This document shows, piece after piece, positions 44,694-54,334 of a DNA stretch of 64,000 nt; positions within the stretch are counted from its first letter, which is position 1; each line of letters opens with the position of its first letter. Under the pieces are notes generated by a model that was not told the DNA's origin, ran no database searches, and saw only the letters and a program-made list of their open reading frames with translations. The position numbers and the translations under genes were made by a program. Source of the DNA: a phage; sequence record PX880102.1. One strand, 5' to 3'.

Positions 44694-46958
44694 TCATAAT
44701 TTACAGGATGAACAATCTTCAGCTTTTGGAGTTTCTATTTCATAATCATCAGTACCAGAACCATCACGGGTATTATGATAATAGAAATTTTTAATGCCAT
44801 AATACCATCCGTATAGCATGTCATCAATCATTATTGACATTGGAACCTTTCCTTTTGGAAAAATCTGCGGGTCATAGTATGTATTTGCTGAAGCTGATTG
44901 ACATACCCATTTCAGCATAATAGCTACCTGCGTAAGATAAGGTTTATTACCTTTCTTAGCTAATTTCCACGTATAATCATATAGGTCTATGTTATGCTCA
45001 ATATTGGGCACGACTTGATTAAAGGAACCCTCTTTTGATTCTTTAACAGAGACTGGTCCACGTGGAGGCTCGATACCGTTTGTACTGTTAGAAACTTGGG
45101 AAGATGACTCACATGGCATAAGTGCTGATAATGTGCTATTACGGATGCCAAAGAGCTTAAGGTCTTCCCGCAGCGCCGACCAGTCACAAACGTATTTTGG
45201 AGCTGCGATTTGGTCAATCTTTTTATTGTACCAGTCGATAGGTAATTCGCCTCGAGACCAACGAGTGTCTGAATAATATTCGCAAGGTCCTTTTTCTTTG
45301 GCGAGCTTAATGGATGCTTTAATGAGTCCATACTGTAATCTCTCAAATAGTTCATGTGTTAAATCGTTAGCATCTTCATAAGAAGCAAAGTTACTTGCCA
45401 GCCAAGCTGCATAGTTAGTAACACCTACGCCAAGGTTACGACGCTTTTTAGCTTTTTCTGCTTCAGGAACTGGATATCCTTGGTAATCCAAAAGATTATC
45501 AAGAGCACGAACTTGAACTTCTGCCAATTCATTAATTTTATCTTGGTCTTGCCAGTCAAAATTATCTAATACGAATGCAGAGAGAGTACACAATCCAATT
45601 TCAGCATCAGGACTATTCACATCATTTGTTGGAATAGCAATTTCACAGCACAAGTTACTCTGACGAATAGGTGCCTTTTCACGAATAAACGGAGTGTAGT
45701 TATTCGTATTATCAATGAACTGCACATAAATCCTTGCTGTTCCTGAACGTTCAGTCATGAGCAATTCAAATAGTTCACGAGCTTTAATACGCTTTTTACG
45801 AATATTAGGGTCTTTTTCTGCTGCTTCGTATAATTCACGGAAACGGTCTTGGTCTTTAAAATAAGAATAATAAAGCTCTCCACCCATTTCATGTGGACTG
45901 AACAAAGTAATGTAATCATTCTTTCCAAAACGTTCCATCATCAAATCATTCAGCTGAACACCATAATCCATATGACGAATGCGGTTTTCTTCTACGCCTT
46001 TGTTATTTTTCAAAACGAGAAGATTTTCAACTTCCAAATGCCAAATAGGATAATAAGCAGTAGCAGCGCCGCCACGAATTCCACCCTGTGAGCATGATTT
46101 AACTGCAGTCTGAAAATGTTTCCAAAAAGGAATAACACCGGTATGGCGTACTTCACCCATGCCAATCTTAGAACCTTCAGCACGAATCATACCAACGTTA
46201 ATACCAATTCCAGCGCGTTTAGAGATATATTCAACAATTGAAGCAGAAGCCTTATTGATAGACTTCAGTGAATCGCCTGCCTCAATAACAACACATGAAC
46301 TAAACTGTCGAGTCGGAGTACGACAACCAGCCATAATAGGAGTTGGCAATGAAATCTGTCGAGTAGATACTGCTTCATAAAAACGAATAACATGTTTTAA
46401 TCTATCAACAGGTTCATCTTGATGCAATGCCATTCCAATAGTCATAAATGCAAACTGTGGAGTTTCATAAATTTGACCAGTGGTTTTATCTTTAACTAGA
46501 TATTTTTCTTTTAATTGCATCGCCCCGGAATAAGTAAATTCCATATCCCGCTCGTGCTTAATTTTTGATTCTAAAAATGTAATTTCTTCTGCTGAATATT
46601 TTGACAGCAGTTCAGGGTCATATTTACCTTCATTTACACAGTAAGAAATATGGTCAATAAATGAACGTGGTTCATATTGTCCGTAAACATGCTTACGAAG
46701 AGCAAACATTAAACAGCGAGCGGCTACGTATTGATAATCAGGCTCTTCAACTGAAATAGAATTCGCAGCAGCCTTAATTACAATGGTTTGAATGTCATCA
46801 GTGGTCATTCCATCACGGAGATAAGATTTAATATTTTCATATAATTCATAAGGATCTACAGATGTTCCTTCAGCTGCCCAAGATAAAACTTTAATAATTT
46901 TTTGTGGGTCAAAGCTCTGAGAAACACCACTACTTTTGATAACATTAATTAATTGCAT
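44694..46958 (-). CDS. nrdA: Ribonucleotide reductase large subunit NrdA (754 aa)
   Basis: 754 aa as T4 NrdA; N-terminal ATP-cone; C-terminal CxxC tail. Confidence 0.95.
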   Translation of the reverse strand: MQLINVIKSSGVSQSFDPQKIIKVLSWAAEGTSVDPYELYENIKSYLRDGMTTDDIQTIVIKAAANSISVEEPDYQYVAARCLMFALRKHVYGQYEPRSFIDHISYCVNEGKYDPELLSKYSAEEITFLESKIKHERDMEFTYSGAMQLKEKYLVKDKTTGQIYETPQFAFMTIGMALHQDEPVDRLKHVIRFYEAVSTRQISLPTPIMAGCRTPTRQFSSCVVIEAGDSLKSINKASASIVEYISKRAGIGINVGMIRAEGSKIGMGEVRHTGVIPFWKHFQTAVKSCSQGGIRGGAATAYYPIWHLEVENLLVLKNNKGVEENRIRHMDYGVQLNDLMMERFGKNDYITLFSPHEMGGELYYSYFKDQDRFRELYEAAEKDPNIRKKRIKARELFELLMTERSGTARIYVQFIDNTNNYTPFIREKAPIRQSNLCCEIAIPTNDVNSPDAEIGLCTLSAFVLDNFDWQDQDKINELAEVQVRALDNLLDYQGYPVPEAEKAKKRRNLGVGVTNYAAWLASNFASYEDANDLTHELFERLQYGLIKASIKLAKEKGPCEYYSDTRWSRGELPIDWYNKKIDQIAAPKYVCDWSALREDLKLFGIRNSTLSALMPCESSSQVSNSTNGIEPPRGPVSVKESKEGSFNQVVPNIEHNIDLYDYTWKLAKKGNKPYLTQVAIMLKWVCQSASANTYYDPQIFPKGKVPMSIMIDDMLYGWYYGIKNFYYHNTRDGSGTDDYEIETPKAEDCSSCKL

Positions 46959-47275
46959 AAGTCCTCAACTTGAAAATCGTCTTTAAACAATCGGTTAACT
47001 ATATGAGCTATTATATCACCATGACACGGCTTTGGTTTACATGTGCATCCTAGCCTCATTCCACGTAAAGGCTCTAAATGTGCTTTAGTTATTTCTCCGG
47101 ATTTAATTCGACGTATAAAATCTTTTTTGAATAATTCAATGGCAGCCTCCCGGCTGCCAGCATCTTTACCGACGTAATTTCCCCAAAATGTACCACGGTG
47201 AATATTAACATCAAAGTCGGATTTATATTTATTCACTACTCGGCATATACGGCCTGCGCGGTTGTAAGTGTTCAT
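46949..47275 (-). CDS. DUF4326-like small protein (108 aa)
   Basis: C-terminal motif [15 protein letters not shown] typical of DUF4326. Confidence 0.5.
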   Translation of the reverse strand: MNTYNRAGRICRVVNKYKSDFDVNIHRGTFWGNYVGKDAGSREAAIELFKKDFIRRIKSGEITKAHLEPLRGMRLGCTCKPKPCHGDIIAHIVNRLFKDDFQVEDLCN

Positions 47276-47504
47276 ATTGTTCTTCCGTTAAAACAGTAAT
47301 ATCGTAGTAACAGTCAGAAGAAGTTTTAACTGTGGAAATTTTATTATCAAAATACTCACGAGTCATTTTATGAGTATAATATTTTTTGCCATAAATGATA
47401 ATAGGCTGATTTGGTCCTGGAACTTCTAACTCGCTTGGGTTAGGAAGTGTAAAAAGAACGGCACCAAAAGTATCTTTAAATCGTAAAATCATATATCCTC
47501 TCAA
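47229..47504 (-). CDS. Hypothetical protein (about 87-91 aa)
   Basis: ORF between td and nrdA. Confidence 0.5.
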   Translation of the reverse strand: MRGYMILRFKDTFGAVLFTLPNPSELEVPGPNQPIIIYGKKYYTHKMTREYFDNKISTVKTSSDCYYDITVLTEEQYEHLQPRRPYMPSSE

Positions 47505-47515
47505 TTAAATTAAAA

Positions 47516-48376
47516 TTATACCGCCATCTTTCCTTTAATTGACGGATGAGATACATAGTTGTTAAGAACAAAATTATGAGGCTTTGCAAATTGACTCAAC
47601 CAAAATACCTGCGATTCTGTGTCCCATTCATCAAATTCATCTGGAAATTTTAATTGTAATTCGCATAAATCCATAGGTTCACGACGTAAAATTTCTTTAC
47701 ATTGTTCTACGTGATTCATATAGATATGAGTATTACCACCAGAAAATATCAAATCTCCAGGAATAAGATTACACATTTTAGCTACAATATGAACTAACGT
47801 AGCATATGATGCAATATTAAATGGAAGACCGAGGAAAACATCTACCGAACGTTGATACCACTGCAAATCTAAATAGCCATTACGCACATTAAACTGATAG
47901 AACATATGGCAAGGCGGTAATGCCATATATTTAAGTTCAGCTGGATTCCATGCAGAAACAATTTGACGCCTATCATTTGGCAATTTTTTAATACGATCAA
48001 CAACTTCTATAATTTGGTCTACACCGCCAAAATCACGCCATTGTTTTCCATAAATTGGACCAAGTTCACCGCTATGGTATCCTAAATCTTTTGCTTGATT
48101 TTCGTAATTTTCATCCCAAACTGTTTTGCCTTGGATTAACGAATCATGTTGAATTAATCGTAAATCATTGACATTTGTGCTTCCTGATAAAAACCATATT
48201 AGCTCAGCAATGCATGCATTCCAGGCGAGCTTTTTAGTTGTTACTGCAGGAAAGCCTTTAGTTAAATCCCAACGCAATTTAGTACCGAACAGAGCAATTG
48301 TTCCTGTGCCCGTTCGGTCATCGGTTTCATAGCCATTTTCAAAAATGTCTTTAATTAAATCTTGGTATTGTTTCAT
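47516..48376 (-). CDS. td: Thymidylate synthase (286 aa), uninterrupted
   Basis: 286 aa ThyA-like, active-site region LPPCH; continuous ORF without intron. Confidence 0.95.
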   Translation of the reverse strand: MKQYQDLIKDIFENGYETDDRTGTGTIALFGTKLRWDLTKGFPAVTTKKLAWNACIAELIWFLSGSTNVNDLRLIQHDSLIQGKTVWDENYENQAKDLGYHSGELGPIYGKQWRDFGGVDQIIEVVDRIKKLPNDRRQIVSAWNPAELKYMALPPCHMFYQFNVRNGYLDLQWYQRSVDVFLGLPFNIASYATLVHIVAKMCNLIPGDLIFSGGNTHIYMNHVEQCKEILRREPMDLCELQLKFPDEFDEWDTESQVFWLSQFAKPHNFVLNNYVSHPSIKGKMAV

Positions 48377-48421
48377 TTAGTACCTTATATAAATTATAAT
48401 ACATTTTATGAAGCTAAATAA

Positions 48422-48769
48422 TCAATACGGTTTAGCATCAAATTTTCTCTCAATTTCAGGCGTGAAATATAATTCTTTACCACGTTTGGAAAAGCGACCA
48501 ATAATATGATAATTATTCTCATCAAACGTGATATTACCAATATCCATAGCTTTCAACCAAATATCAATATTTCTATCCAGTTTTATGTCAAAATTCCAAT
48601 ACGGAGAACTATTACCGAAAATACTGCAAGCGGATTCAGTGAAACAACTGCTATAAATCTTGTCTTTAGGAACTACTAATTGATAGACACCTTTAATAAA
48701 CTGAGGACCCTGCCACTTTGGCTGTTTCTCGTCTTTTTCTAATAGAATAGGGTAATAATTAAAATTCAT
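48422..48769 (-). CDS. Hypothetical protein (115 aa) inserted between frd and td
   Basis: ORF with no recognisable motifs; occupies a junction that in T4 is a direct frd/td overlap. Confidence 0.5.
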   Translation of the reverse strand: MNFNYYPILLEKDEKQPKWQGPQFIKGVYQLVVPKDKIYSSCFTESACSIFGNSSPYWNFDIKLDRNIDIWLKAMDIGNITFDENNYHIIGRFSKRGKELYFTPEIERKFDAKPY

Positions 48770-48788
48770 ATTTCCGCCACGTGTTATT

Positions 48789-49611
<823 letters not shown>

Positions 49612-49627
<16 letters not shown>

Positions 49628-49971
49628 TGAAAAGGGTCATGAGCATATCCGCTAGCGTCAATCATTTTAACTAAAGTTACCATTCCTTTGTTAACTGCTT
49701 GTGCGATTTCATCAAAAACTTCGTCACTATCGTCGTAAAGGTCATTAAAAAATTCTAATACGTTCTTCTGAACTTTTAATTTACGGCCGACAATTTCGCC
49801 TACAGTAAATTCGTTTCCGCCAAATCCAGCGTAAAATGTAATTACACCCATTAACTGGCTTTCACGGGAATCTATGTCGTGTGATAAATTAATAAAAGCC
49901 GTCCCAGGCGCGGTTTTAAGTTGGCAACGAATTTTTACTTGGGTAATTCCAGTTATATGAATGTTAGACAT
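49612..49971 (-). CDS. Hypothetical protein (119 aa)
   Basis: ORF in array. Confidence 0.5.
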
Positions 49972-49981
49972 AATATTTTTC

Positions 49982-50224
49982 TCAAACAGACTTTTTCACA
50001 ATTTTCCAATCAGCTTTAAACTGATCAACATCAGAATGATAAATCCAGAATCCTGCGCTTTCTCCATCCTCATAAAGAGGGCATCTATCACATTCATCTT
50101 CCCATCCCATATCACGCAAAAGATGTTCAGCTTTTTCAACAAGTTCAGAATCTTTACCGATGATATTAAAATACCATTTACCTCTAACTTCTGAATCTTT
50201 AATACTCTGACGTTGTAATCTCAT
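49982..50224 (-). CDS. Hypothetical protein (80 aa)
   Basis: ORF in array. Confidence 0.5.
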   Translation of the reverse strand: MRLQRQSIKDSEVRGKWYFNIIGKDSELVEKAEHLLRDMGWEDECDRCPLYEDGESAGFWIYHSDVDQFKADWKIVKKSV

Positions 50225-50278
50225 TTTATTCTCCTTAGTTGATAGGGTAATAGTATCACACTACTACCCTTCTGTAAA

Positions 50279-50644
50279 CTACTTTTTGAAAGTTTTTCGC
50301 AAAAGTTCAATGATTTCGTCTACATTGTTTTCGTCAACAATGCAATGAATTTTTGTTACGCCAGAAACCTTGTCTTTGACTTCATCTTCTTCAGAAGTCG
50401 GTTCTTTATACTCACGAAAACAATGAAATTCGTCTTCGCAAACGTTAAAGTAAAAATGCTTTCCATTTGCGCATTCAATATGTTTTATTACTCTAAATCC
50501 ATCAGCAAAGAAAGCTTCTTTAACTTCAAACCATCCGCCATTTTCTTGAATAATTTTAACTATTGATGAATTAGAACGTGGGCGATAATTAATAAATGTA
50601 TCAATAAGTCTTGGAACAAGTTCATACTTTTTGCCAATATACAT
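50279..50644 (-). CDS. Hypothetical protein (121 aa)
   Basis: ORF in array downstream of gene 32. Confidence 0.5.
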   Translation of the reverse strand: MYIGKKYELVPRLIDTFINYRPRSNSSIVKIIQENGGWFEVKEAFFADGFRVIKHIECANGKHFYFNVCEDEFHCFREYKEPTSEEDEVKDKVSGVTKIHCIVDENNVDEIIELLRKTFKK

Positions 50645-50687
50645 TACGTTTTCCTCATTTTAACGGGCTGTAATAGCCCCTTGATAA

Positions 50688-50915
50688 TTATTGTTCAATC
50701 AATCCCATGTAAAATTCTGCGTCTTCAGAATCCATACCATCACAATATTCATTAGCCATAAAGCGGGTAAGGTCTTCAAGAGGACCTTCAATAACGATTT
50801 GAATACTCCAAAACTTAGAATCTTGCACACTTGTGATACTAAGTTCAGGATAACGATTACGAATAATTTCTTCAATGTATTCAAAATCAACGATGTCAAT
50901 ATCAACTTTAGCCAT
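50688..50915 (-). CDS. Hypothetical acidic protein (75 aa)
   Basis: ORF with early-type promoter and AAGAGGAAAA ribosome-binding site. Confidence 0.5.
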   Translation of the reverse strand: MAKVDIDIVDFEYIEEIIRNRYPELSITSVQDSKFWSIQIVIEGPLEDLTRFMANEYCDGMDSEDAEFYMGLIEQ

Positions 50916-50958
50916 ATCATTTTCCTCTTTAATCGTCAGCAGTATTGCTGATAGTTGT

Positions 50959-50988
50959 ATAGTACCACAGTTCTTATAGTATGTAAAC
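50959..50988 (-). promoter_or_regulatory. Putative early promoter (GTTTAC -35, TACTAT -10) for the 75 aa acidic ORF
   Basis: Minus-strand GTTTAC-18 nt-TACTAT; lies just downstream of gene 32 terminator. Confidence 0.45.
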
Positions 50989-51002
50989 CGTTTTGTGAAA
51001 AA

Positions 51003-51038
51003 ATTTTTAAAATAAAAAAGGGGACCTCTAGGGTCCCC
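51003..51038 (-). terminator. Rho-independent terminator downstream of gene 32
   Basis: Minus strand GGGGACC-CTAGA-GGTCCCC then TTTTTTATTTT. Confidence 0.8.
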
Positions 51039-51060
51039 AATTAATTAGTAATATAATCTA

Positions 51061-51969
51061 TTAAAGGTCATTCAAAAGGTCATCCAGGTCCGTGTCATCA
51101 GCACTAGATGAACTGCCAGAGCTTGAGCTCATAAAATCATCTTCAGTTTTTGTATTGAAGTCATCAACATTGAATGCATCCAAATCATCAGCAACTTTAT
51201 CAGCTTTCTTAGCGGCAGTCGCTGCAGCACCACCCATAGCAGCAGTTCCCATAACTTGACTGAACTTAGTGCTCAGCTCTTCAAACGATTTGAATTTATC
51301 TTTAGAAGTCATTTCAGAAAGGTCAACCATTTGTTCGAACAGTTCTTTTTGGAAAGATTCATCGTCAATGTTTGGAATCGCAGATTGATTCAGGAATTTA
51401 GATTCGTCGTAGTTACTAAAACCAGAAACTTGTTTAACTTTCAGTACAAAGTTAGCACCTTCCCACGGACAAGTTACATCAACCGGAGTTTCACCCATTT
51501 CAACATCAACTGCAATCATTGCATTGATTTTATCCAAGATTTTCTTACCGAAACGGTATTTAAATACTTTACCTTCATTTTCTGGAGCAGCTGGGTCTTT
51601 TACTACAAGAATGTTAGCCCAGTAAGAAGTTTTACGTTTAACAAGACCATACTCTTTATTGTCAGTGTTGTACAAATCATTTTTACTGATGTACTGACAT
51701 ACTGGGCAAGAATCGTAATCACCGTGGGTAGATGAACAGTTTTCAATATACCATTTACCATTTTTCTTGAAACCGTGATTTACAAGAATTGCGAATGGTG
51801 CTTGTTCATCATTTTTAGACGGAAGAAAACGAATTACTGCTTGACCGTTACCCGCATTGTCGAGTTTCAGTTTCCACTCGCCTTTATCTTCAGAAGAAAA
51901 ACCACCTTTATTTCCAGCCAGTTTAGCCATTTGTGCAGCGAGTTCAGCAGTAGATTTACGTTTAAACAT
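51061..51969 (-). CDS. 32: Single-stranded DNA-binding protein gp32 (302 aa)
   Basis: Sequence recognisably T4 gp32 incl. acidic Ser/Asp-rich C-terminus; strong terminator downstream. Confidence 0.96.
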   Translation of the reverse strand: MFKRKSTAELAAQMAKLAGNKGGFSSEDKGEWKLKLDNAGNGQAVIRFLPSKNDEQAPFAILVNHGFKKNGKWYIENCSSTHGDYDSCPVCQYISKNDLYNTDNKEYGLVKRKTSYWANILVVKDPAAPENEGKVFKYRFGKKILDKINAMIAVDVEMGETPVDVTCPWEGANFVLKVKQVSGFSNYDESKFLNQSAIPNIDDESFQKELFEQMVDLSEMTSKDKFKSFEELSTKFSQVMGTAAMGGAAATAAKKADKVADDLDAFNVDDFNTKTEDDFMSSSSGSSSSADDTDLDDLLNDL

Positions 51970-52052
51970 TTTTATTTCCTTTTTAATTTAATTAACAGTT
52001 GGTGCTATGACGATGTATGACCTCATAGCTGGTCAGTGAGATAATTATAATC

Positions 52053-52060
52053 TATTTATA
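52053..52060 (-). promoter_or_regulatory. Late promoter (TATAAATA on minus strand) upstream of gene 32
   Basis: Plus TATTTATA ~85 nt upstream of gene 32 ATG, in the 99 bp 59-32 intergenic leader. Confidence 0.6.
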
Positions 52061-52068
52061 ATAAGCAA

Positions 52069-52722
52069 TTAATACTTGCAAGATTTCACAGTTTCAATGA
52101 AAACACTTTTAGCTTTCTGCGAATCAATATTTAAAATTTTTCTATAAGCCTTTAACTTTATAGAATAATTATTCCAGACTAAATTATCAGTCTGTTCATC
52201 ATGTTTATCAATTATATTTAAAAACGAATCAAGCAAGATAAACGTCTCAAACGAAATTATATTCGATTGAAGTAGTTTAAAAATATAACTTGATTGAACT
52301 TTTGGATTATACTCAAAGATTTCTTTAAAAGCAGAAACTTCAACTTTTTTACTAAAATAATAAATGTTGCGAATATCTTCTTCAAACTTAAATTTAATTT
52401 GCTTTAAGCGTCCGATATATTCACGATAAAACACAAGTGCATCAGCGTCAGAGATGTCACCAATCCAAGCATCTTGGTTAGCAACCAGATTGCTTATAAA
52501 GATTAAAGCAAGTTCCTTTAATTTATATTTTTCTGATAACTTCTGGAAAAAATACTTATCCCTTCGCTTTTGATAAGCGGCATCAGACACCCGCATGCAC
52601 CAATTATACTTAATTACATCATACTTTCCATTCATATGCTGTTTTATCATTAAGTATAATTTATAAACTGATTTACCATCAATATATCTTTCACCACCAG
52701 CAGGCATGCGGAGTTTAATCAT
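52069..52722 (-). CDS. 59: Helicase loader gp59 (217 aa)
   Basis: 217 aa as T4 gp59; synteny. Confidence 0.9.
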   Translation of the reverse strand: MIKLRMPAGGERYIDGKSVYKLYLMIKQHMNGKYDVIKYNWCMRVSDAAYQKRRDKYFFQKLSEKYKLKELALIFISNLVANQDAWIGDISDADALVFYREYIGRLKQIKFKFEEDIRNIYYFSKKVEVSAFKEIFEYNPKVQSSYIFKLLQSNIISFETFILLDSFLNIIDKHDEQTDNLVWNNYSIKLKAYRKILNIDSQKAKSVFIETVKSCKY

Positions 52723-53057
52723 AGTAGAAAATCTAATGTATTAGTTTTTTCACAACGAACAACAGAAGGACGTAAAAGATTTTCGTCAATAGCTTCTGAC
52801 TGAATTTTTTCAATTATACCCGAAGGAATAAATTTAGCAAATTGAGTTTCAGGAATAGAATTTTCTTCCAAGAATGCTGTTGTAGCTTCAAGATAACTCA
52901 TTCCAAACTCTTCTACCATTTTTTCAATAATAAATCCATTTTCTTGACGGTCAAGAAGCTTTGCAATTTCATCCTTTTCTTTCTTAATTGAAAGTTCTTT
53001 TTCTGAAAGACCGGTCTCATCGACCGGACGAATATCATTTAGAGAAAACTGTGTCAT
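52719..53057 (-). CDS. 33: Late transcription co-activator gp33 (112 aa from internal Met)
   Basis: 112 aa from Met 4 as T4 gp33; synteny. Confidence 0.85.
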   Translation of the reverse strand: MTQFSLNDIRPVDETGLSEKELSIKKEKDEIAKLLDRQENGFIIEKMVEEFGMSYLEATTAFLEENSIPETQFAKFIPSGIIEKIQSEAIDENLLRPSVVRCEKTNTLDFLL

Positions 53058-53304
53058 AAAGTTCAACTACCTCTTCAGTTTCAGCTTCAAACACATCACG
53101 GTTATCTTTATGATACAAAGCTAACAGACGATTAAACATCTTGCCATCAACACCAAGTTCATCTTTGGCACGAATTCGAATATCTTTAATCAATTCATTA
53201 TAACCAGAAATTTTCAGTTTATGATCAGATGCTTCTTTAATAAATTTAGCCAAATCTTCGCCATGGATAGCTTCATCAAATTCAACCATTTCTTTTTTAG
53301 CCAT
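53035..53304 (-). CDS. dsbA: Double-stranded DNA-binding protein DsbA (89 aa)
   Basis: 89 aa as T4 DsbA; position between rnh and 33. Confidence 0.8.
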   Translation of the reverse strand: MAKKEMVEFDEAIHGEDLAKFIKEASDHKLKISGYNELIKDIRIRAKDELGVDGKMFNRLLALYHKDNRDVFEAETEEVVELYDTVFSK

Positions 53305-53312
53305 TATTCACC

Positions 53313-54230
53313 TCAAAATTCATTAATGCTATTAGTTAATTTAGAAAGACCCGCTTTTACAAAATATGAATAAATTTTGCCACGCGGTGGTAATTTATAT
53401 GAATTATAATAATTCACAATGTTTGAAGCAATATTATCAGGAATATAATCAAAATCAATTAGAACTAAATTTTCTTTATAACGATTATATTCAGATTCTG
53501 TGAGAAGCACCTTAGCTTGATCACGGTCATTAGCAATAGCTTCGACAATAGATGTTTTCATTGAAGGAGTTCGTTCACCTTCAACTCTGGTAAACCAAAA
53601 GTCAGATCGTACTTTAACTGAAGCAACGTTATCCTTTTTGTCACCTTTAAGGATTTTAGTCATACAGTCAATTTCAGCAGAACCGCTTTTAATTTTAACC
53701 CATTTCTTGTGCATCGGTGACCATTGCTTAACATTTGGGTATTTATGAAGTTGAGTAAAGTCACCATCCGATGAAATGATTAAAATCTTATGTCCTTCTA
53801 AAGAGAACTTTTTAACAAGAACAGCAATATGGTCATCTGCTTCATACTTATCAATATCCATAACGATGTATGGCATATAAGCTTTCAGTTCATCTATAAC
53901 TTTATGACTGGATTCAAAATAACCTTCCCAGTCCCAAGTAGATTCTTCTCGTGCTTTTCCACGGTTTTTCTTATAATAATAAGCAAAATCACGACGCCAG
54001 TATCCAGATTTCGCGTTATCAATACACAGTACAATTTTAGTGTATCCAAGAGTTTTTGCTTTTTTGACATTAAACTTAATTGAGTTCAATATCAAATGAC
54101 GAACCATTGATAAATTAATTTTTTCTTTATCTGGAAAGTTTACCAAAGCAGTTGAAAGCGCAATCTGACTAAAGTCAATTAAGCAGATTCCTTCTTTGTA
54201 ATCTTCATCCAGCATCATTTCTAAATCCAT
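53313..54230 (-). CDS. rnh: RNase H / 5'-3' flap exonuclease (305 aa from ATG 54230; ORF track starts at TTG 54245)
   Basis: 305 aa as T4 RNase H; GAGG Shine-Dalgarno before ATG at 54230; early promoter upstream. Confidence 0.9.
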   Translation of the reverse strand: MDLEMMLDEDYKEGICLIDFSQIALSTALVNFPDKEKINLSMVRHLILNSIKFNVKKAKTLGYTKIVLCIDNAKSGYWRRDFAYYYKKNRGKAREESTWDWEGYFESSHKVIDELKAYMPYIVMDIDKYEADDHIAVLVKKFSLEGHKILIISSDGDFTQLHKYPNVKQWSPMHKKWVKIKSGSAEIDCMTKILKGDKKDNVASVKVRSDFWFTRVEGERTPSMKTSIVEAIANDRDQAKVLLTESEYNRYKENLVLIDFDYIPDNIASNIVNYYNSYKLPPRGKIYSYFVKAGLSKLTNSINEF

Positions 54231-54259
54231 ATGAACCTCGTTCAATTAGTGAGATTTCT

Positions 54260-54289
54260 ATTATATACTATCAAAATCTTAAAGTAAAC
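54260..54289 (-). promoter_or_regulatory. Early promoter (GTTTAC -35, 18 bp spacer, TATAAT -10) for rnh
   Basis: Minus strand GTTTAC-18 nt-TATAAT, ~30 nt upstream of rnh ATG. Confidence 0.6.
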
Positions 54290-54292
54290 AAG

Positions 54293-54300
54293 TATAAATA
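54293..54300 (+). promoter_or_regulatory. Late promoter TATAAATA for gene 34
   Basis: Exact TATAAATA 34 bp upstream of gene 34 ATG. Confidence 0.7.
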
Positions 54301-54334
54301 CTTATTATTGAAAACACAATAGGAGCCCGGGAGA

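Noticed and set aside
47516-48376. Looked for a group I intron and homing endonuclease in td, as in T4
   Set aside because: The td ORF is continuous at 286 aa with no insertion; same for nrdB.
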